A DNA stretch of 64,000 nucleotides from an uncultured Candidatus Poseidoniales archaeon (GTDB lineage Archaea; Thermoplasmatota; Poseidoniia; Poseidoniales; Poseidoniaceae), in contig CAXHEV010000009.1 in NCBI GenBank assembly GCA_964015875.1, positions 7,497 to 71,496 of the forward strand, read 5' to 3'. The position numbers were made by a program, and so were the translations under genes. Shown one piece after another: positions 60,457 to 64,000 of the stretch (the first letter of the stretch is position 1; every line of letters begins with the position of its first letter). Under the pieces are notes generated by a model. It did not search any database, was not told the DNA's origin, and saw nothing but the letters and a program-made list of their open reading frames with translations.

Positions 60457-61449
60457 ATGGTGAGAACCGACTTTACACAACTACGAAACGGCAGTGATTT
60501 ACTCAAGCGAGGCTTTGCACGCATGCAGCAAGGTGGCGTCATCATGGATGTCGTTGACCCGGACCAAGCGGCCGTTGCAGAAGATGCTGGAGCCGTAGCA
60601 GTCATGGCACTCGAACGAGTCCCGGCTGACATTCGCCGCGACGGGGGCGTTGCTCGAATGAGTCATCCAGACATGATACAAGGCATCCTTGACTGCACCT
60701 CGATTCCAGTGATGGCTAAGGCACGAATTGGTCACGAAGGCGAGGCGCGAATTCTCGAGTCTATGGGTGTGGATATGGTTGATGAATCAGAGGTCCTCAC
60801 ACCTGCAGATCCATTTTTCCACATCAACAAAAAAGACTACGAAATCCCGTTTGTCTGCGGAGCAACTGGACTCGGCGAAGCTGTTCGTCGCATCTACGAG
60901 GGAGCCGCTATGATTCGCACCAAGGGCGAAGCAGGTACGGGGAATCTCGTAGCAGCCGTAACCCATGCCCGCTTGATCGACCAAGAGGTAAAGCAAGTTC
61001 AAGGCCTTGACGACAACGGCATCGAGTCAGCAACGAACATGATCATGGACCGATTCAAGGTCTTGGCCAACACCTCTGAGTTGCCTGGCAGCCACCCAAT
61101 AACTCCATTTGGGCCCATCGATGATGTCATGGAACACGAGATTCAATCTATCCTCAATGACGTTCGAGACATGGGCCGATTGCCCGTCGTGACATTTTCT
61201 GCTGGTGGCATCGCCACCCCAGCCGACGCCTCACACATGATGCGCTTGGGCATGGACGGAATCTTTGTTGGCTCTGGAATTTTCAAGTCAAGCGATCCTA
61301 AGACCATGGCCGATGCAATCGTTTTGGCAACGGCGCATTACGATGATGCCTCAAAGGTAACTGAAGCGATGGCAATGACGTTGGGCGATCCAATGAAGGG
61401 TGATGAACTCGAAACACTCGAAGTTCGCATGGACCAACGTGGTTGGTAA
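60457..61449 (+). CDS. pdxS: Pyridoxal 5'-phosphate synthase lyase subunit
   Basis: [42 protein letters not shown]. Confidence 0.97.
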   Translation: MVRTDFTQLRNGSDLLKRGFARMQQGGVIMDVVDPDQAAVAEDAGAVAVMALERVPADIRRDGGVARMSHPDMIQGILDCTSIPVMAKARIGHEGEARILESMGVDMVDESEVLTPADPFFHINKKDYEIPFVCGATGLGEAVRRIYEGAAMIRTKGEAGTGNLVAAVTHARLIDQEVKQVQGLDDNGIESATNMIMDRFKVLANTSELPGSHPITPFGPIDDVMEHEIQSILNDVRDMGRLPVVTFSAGGIATPADASHMMRLGMDGIFVGSGIFKSSDPKTMADAIVLATAHYDDASKVTEAMAMTLGDPMKGDELETLEVRMDQRGW

Positions 61450-61499
61450 TCCGCTTTCCAAAGGAAAGAACTGCATCGTGCCTACGTAAATGGGTCCAA

Positions 61500-61513
61500 C
61501 CTATCATAAAAGG
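61500..61513. promoter_or_regulatory. Palindromic site copy 1 (CCTATCATAAAAGG)
   Basis: 12/14 match to CCTATCATGATAGG; starts 51 bp before the MscS ATG. Confidence 0.55.
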
Positions 61514-61550
61514 GTCTATATCCATCTCCTAAGTCGAAAGGCCGATTGAC

Positions 61551-62852
61551 ATGAGTGCTATTGACGACGCTGTGGACACCCTCAACGGGTTAGATACGTG
61601 GATGCAATGGAGTTTTGGTGCGGTTTCGACCCTGCTCACTGTAGCCATTGTTCGCCTCTTAATGAGAAAGGTAGTCCTCGATTTCGTCAAAGCTACTTCG
61701 TTCAATTGGGACGACCAACTCTACCGTCCAGTCACCTCAAGGATGTATGGATTTATTCTGCTTGGCGGAACTCAATTGACAATGAATTGGGTCATGGGCA
61801 AAGAAGACGACCTCAACACTTCACTTGAGCCAATCTTCCAAGCATTTTACATTCTCTTTGCCTCATCACTTTTGAGCGTCGCACTCAAAGTCATGATTCC
61901 AGTGATTATCGATAAATTCAGTAACCCTGGAACGGTTACTGTTTCAGGCTCAAATTCCTTGATTGTGTTTTTACTCCGTGCTGCAGTCTGGTTCGGCGGT
62001 CTTTACCTTGCCTTTTCTGAACTTGGCATCGAACTGGTCGGAGTCTTGGCATCCTTGGCAGTGTTCTCACTGATCATTGGTCTTGCTATGCAGCAAACGC
62101 TTGGCAACATCATCAACTCGTTTATGTTGGCACTTGATCAACCCTTTGAAGTCGGTGACCGGATTGAAGTGGACGATGAAATTGGATCTGTGGTCTCGGT
62201 TGGTATTCTCTCCACCAAAGTGTTGACCCATGAAGAAAACTTGGTGGTCATTCCAAACAACCACCTCGTCAACTCCACAGTCATCAACCACGCCCGTGGT
62301 GGCGGTGACGGTGTTGGTCGACGTATTTCGTTGGTCATGGACATCGGTGTAGAGTACGATGAAGACATCGCTCACGTCAAATATACGATTCTTCAACTCA
62401 TGCGAGAATGCCCTTATGTTCTGGATAAGCCAGAACCCCGGGTCTTACTCAACGAACTTGCTGACTTCGCCAAGGTGTTTCGAATGTATGGCTGGGTCGA
62501 GGATTATTCTGACGAATTCGTGGCTAAAGATTGGCTACTGAAGAACATCGACGAGCGATTCGCCAAGGAAGGCATTGGTATTCCATTCCCGACCGCTATT
62601 GAAATTGCTGCAGACACGAAAACCACGTACAACAAACAACGAAAGGCAACGAACGTTCGAGCAGCACGCCTCAAGATGATCAAGGAAGACAAGGCCTTGC
62701 TCAGAGAACGAGCCGCAGCAAAGGACGAAATTGAAGCGGTCAATGAACGATTGAAAGACCCGGATTTGGACCGCAAAGAGCGAGCTGCATTGGAAGATTC
62801 CCTTAGAGAGTTGAACCGAGTGCTCAGCATGTTTGAAGCCGGTGACAATTGA
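61551..62852 (+). CDS. Small-conductance mechanosensitive channel (MscS family)
   Basis: IGLAMQQTLGN, QPFEVGDRI, G.V..VGILST, IPN; coiled-coil tail. Confidence 0.93.
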   Translation: MSAIDDAVDTLNGLDTWMQWSFGAVSTLLTVAIVRLLMRKVVLDFVKATSFNWDDQLYRPVTSRMYGFILLGGTQLTMNWVMGKEDDLNTSLEPIFQAFYILFASSLLSVALKVMIPVIIDKFSNPGTVTVSGSNSLIVFLLRAAVWFGGLYLAFSELGIELVGVLASLAVFSLIIGLAMQQTLGNIINSFMLALDQPFEVGDRIEVDDEIGSVVSVGILSTKVLTHEENLVVIPNNHLVNSTVINHARGGGDGVGRRISLVMDIGVEYDEDIAHVKYTILQLMRECPYVLDKPEPRVLLNELADFAKVFRMYGWVEDYSDEFVAKDWLLKNIDERFAKEGIGIPFPTAIEIAADTKTTYNKQRKATNVRAARLKMIKEDKALLRERAAAKDEIEAVNERLKDPDLDRKERAALEDSLRELNRVLSMFEAGDN

Positions 62853-62882
62853 TTCCGTCGCCGTTGAATTCAAATAACACAC

Positions 62883-62896
62883 CCTATCATGATAGG
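62883..62896. promoter_or_regulatory. Palindromic site copy 2 (perfect CCTATCATGATAGG)
   Basis: Perfect 14-bp palindrome ending 2 bp before the regulator ATG. Confidence 0.65.
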
Positions 62897-62898
62897 CC

Positions 62899-63546
62899 AT
62901 GACCACCGAGCATACCCGCTTTGTCCAAATCAACTTGGGCTCAGATCAAGGGCAAAGTCTCCCAGGTCGAACGCTGATGAAGGATTTCAAAAAAGTGGAA
63001 TTCTTATCGAGCATCGAACGAAGTGAAAAAGGCACAAGATGCTATGTGTCCATTGATTATGATCACCCGAAGAGGTTGGAGTCCAAGCAACTGGCCATGA
63101 AGATTTTGAACATTATTAATCAAAGCCCAACCAATGCTGTCTGTGAAGTGCTGCTTACGGGGACCATCGGAATGTATTTTGCATCAAAACCTGAACTATG
63201 GTGGGTTTCACCGAGTTACACACACCCTAATGGTTTGAGACTGACCATACGGGGGACGACTGGGGCTTTACGCCAAATGCGAACCGATCTCGAAGATGTG
63301 TTGATTGATGGATACACCATGAAATTGGGTTCAGAATCGGAATTCAATCCGGAGTTTGCCGATTTCTTACCCGAGCGCCAGACAGTGGTGTTGAACAAAG
63401 CCATCGATATGGGCTATTATGACCGCCCAAGGCAATGCACCCAACGTGAAATTGCAGATGAACTGAACCTAAAACAAGCGACGGTAAGCGAACATTTGCA
63501 AGCCGCAGAATCTGCCATCATCCACAGGTATTCCTCCGATTTGTAA
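62899..63546 (+). CDS. HTH_10 (bacterio-opsin-activator-type HTH) transcriptional regulator
   Basis: LPERQ..VL..A...GYYD.PR......IADEL.....TVSEHL..AE. Confidence 0.92.
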   Translation: MTTEHTRFVQINLGSDQGQSLPGRTLMKDFKKVEFLSSIERSEKGTRCYVSIDYDHPKRLESKQLAMKILNIINQSPTNAVCEVLLTGTIGMYFASKPELWWVSPSYTHPNGLRLTIRGTTGALRQMRTDLEDVLIDGYTMKLGSESEFNPEFADFLPERQTVVLNKAIDMGYYDRPRQCTQREIADELNLKQATVSEHLQAAESAIIHRYSSDL

Positions 63547-63561
63547 AGCATCAAATCCAAA

Positions 63562-63575
63562 CCTATCATGAACGG
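63562..63575. promoter_or_regulatory. Palindromic site copy 3 (CCTATCATGAACGG)
   Basis: 12/14 match; starts 51 bp before the ATG at 63613. Confidence 0.55.
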
Positions 63576-63612
63576 TTAAACGACTATTGACTGTTGAGTT
63601 TGAGATATTTCT

Positions 63613-64000
63613 ATGCCTAGCGCACGCCATACGAATTTCAACCGAGCCGTCGTTCTCTCACTCCTCATGGTGATGATGACCCAAGTCGGGTATCTCGATT
63701 CAATGAATCCGTGGACCAACAGCGAAGAAACGCTCGACGAAACCACCGACGTTCTCGAAACGGGAGGCTCGGGCGCAAGCAACTTCACCGCAAGCGTCGA
63801 AGGTGCAGATCTCTTCATCGATGAGGCCATGACCAACATCACATTCCAATACAACGCCAGTGCGGCAAGCGGCTCAGGCAGCGGCTCAGGCACCACAACC
63901 AACGGCAACGGAACAACATGGCGGGTGGCTGATATTTACGGCGGAACTGGCAGCAGCACCCCCGGAAGTAACATGGAGATACTCGTCGGTGATACGCTCT
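63613..64000 (+). CDS. Large secreted surface protein, N-terminal part (runs off window end)
   Basis: Manual translation MPSARHTNFNRAVVLSLLMVMMTQVGYL...AMTNITFQY...TWRVADI..G..SS.PG; open to the window end; the last part resembles the start of an ELWxxDGT-type repeat. Confidence 0.8.
   Translation, partial: MPSARHTNFNRAVVLSLLMVMMTQVGYLDSMNPWTNSEETLDETTDVLETGGSGASNFTASVEGADLFIDEAMTNITFQYNASAASGSGSGSGTTTNGNGTTWRVADIYGGTGSSTPGSNMEILVGDTL

Noticed and set aside
63576-63908. Minus-strand 110-aa ORF
   Set aside because: Shadow of the plus-strand signal-peptide ORF starting at 63613.

Overview
Core-genome window of an archaeon, most consistent with Marine Group II (Ca. Poseidoniales). It has archaeal information-processing genes (rpoL, EF-1beta, eS1/S3ae, proteasome beta, aCPSF1, ZPR1, SepF, archaeal-type AsnRS/TrpRS) mixed with bacterial-type genes (ribA, thyA-folA, sodN-sodX, plsC, AmpG-like MFS, 7Fe ferredoxin, arylsulfate sulfotransferase) and very large secreted, membrane-anchored proteins. 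It contains about 58 CDSs (three missing from the ORF track: ribA, a DUF1610 zinc finger and a partial surface protein), tRNA-Lys(CUU), tRNA-Pro(UGG) and a type-A RNase P RNA. No CRISPR array, transposase or prophage was seen. The most unusual signals are non-coding: (1) a 14-bp palindrome in three consecutive promoters around an HTH_10 regulator, two copies at identical spacing; (2) a multi-hairpin leader that sequesters the Shine-Dalgarno of the terminator nuclease aCPSF1; (3) an H-type pseudoknot or switch in front of a DEAD-box helicase; (4) a DtxR-like box before the ferredoxin. Two apparent pseudo-enzymes and an archaeosortase with candidate substrates are also noted. All product calls come from motif recognition by eye; no searches were run.
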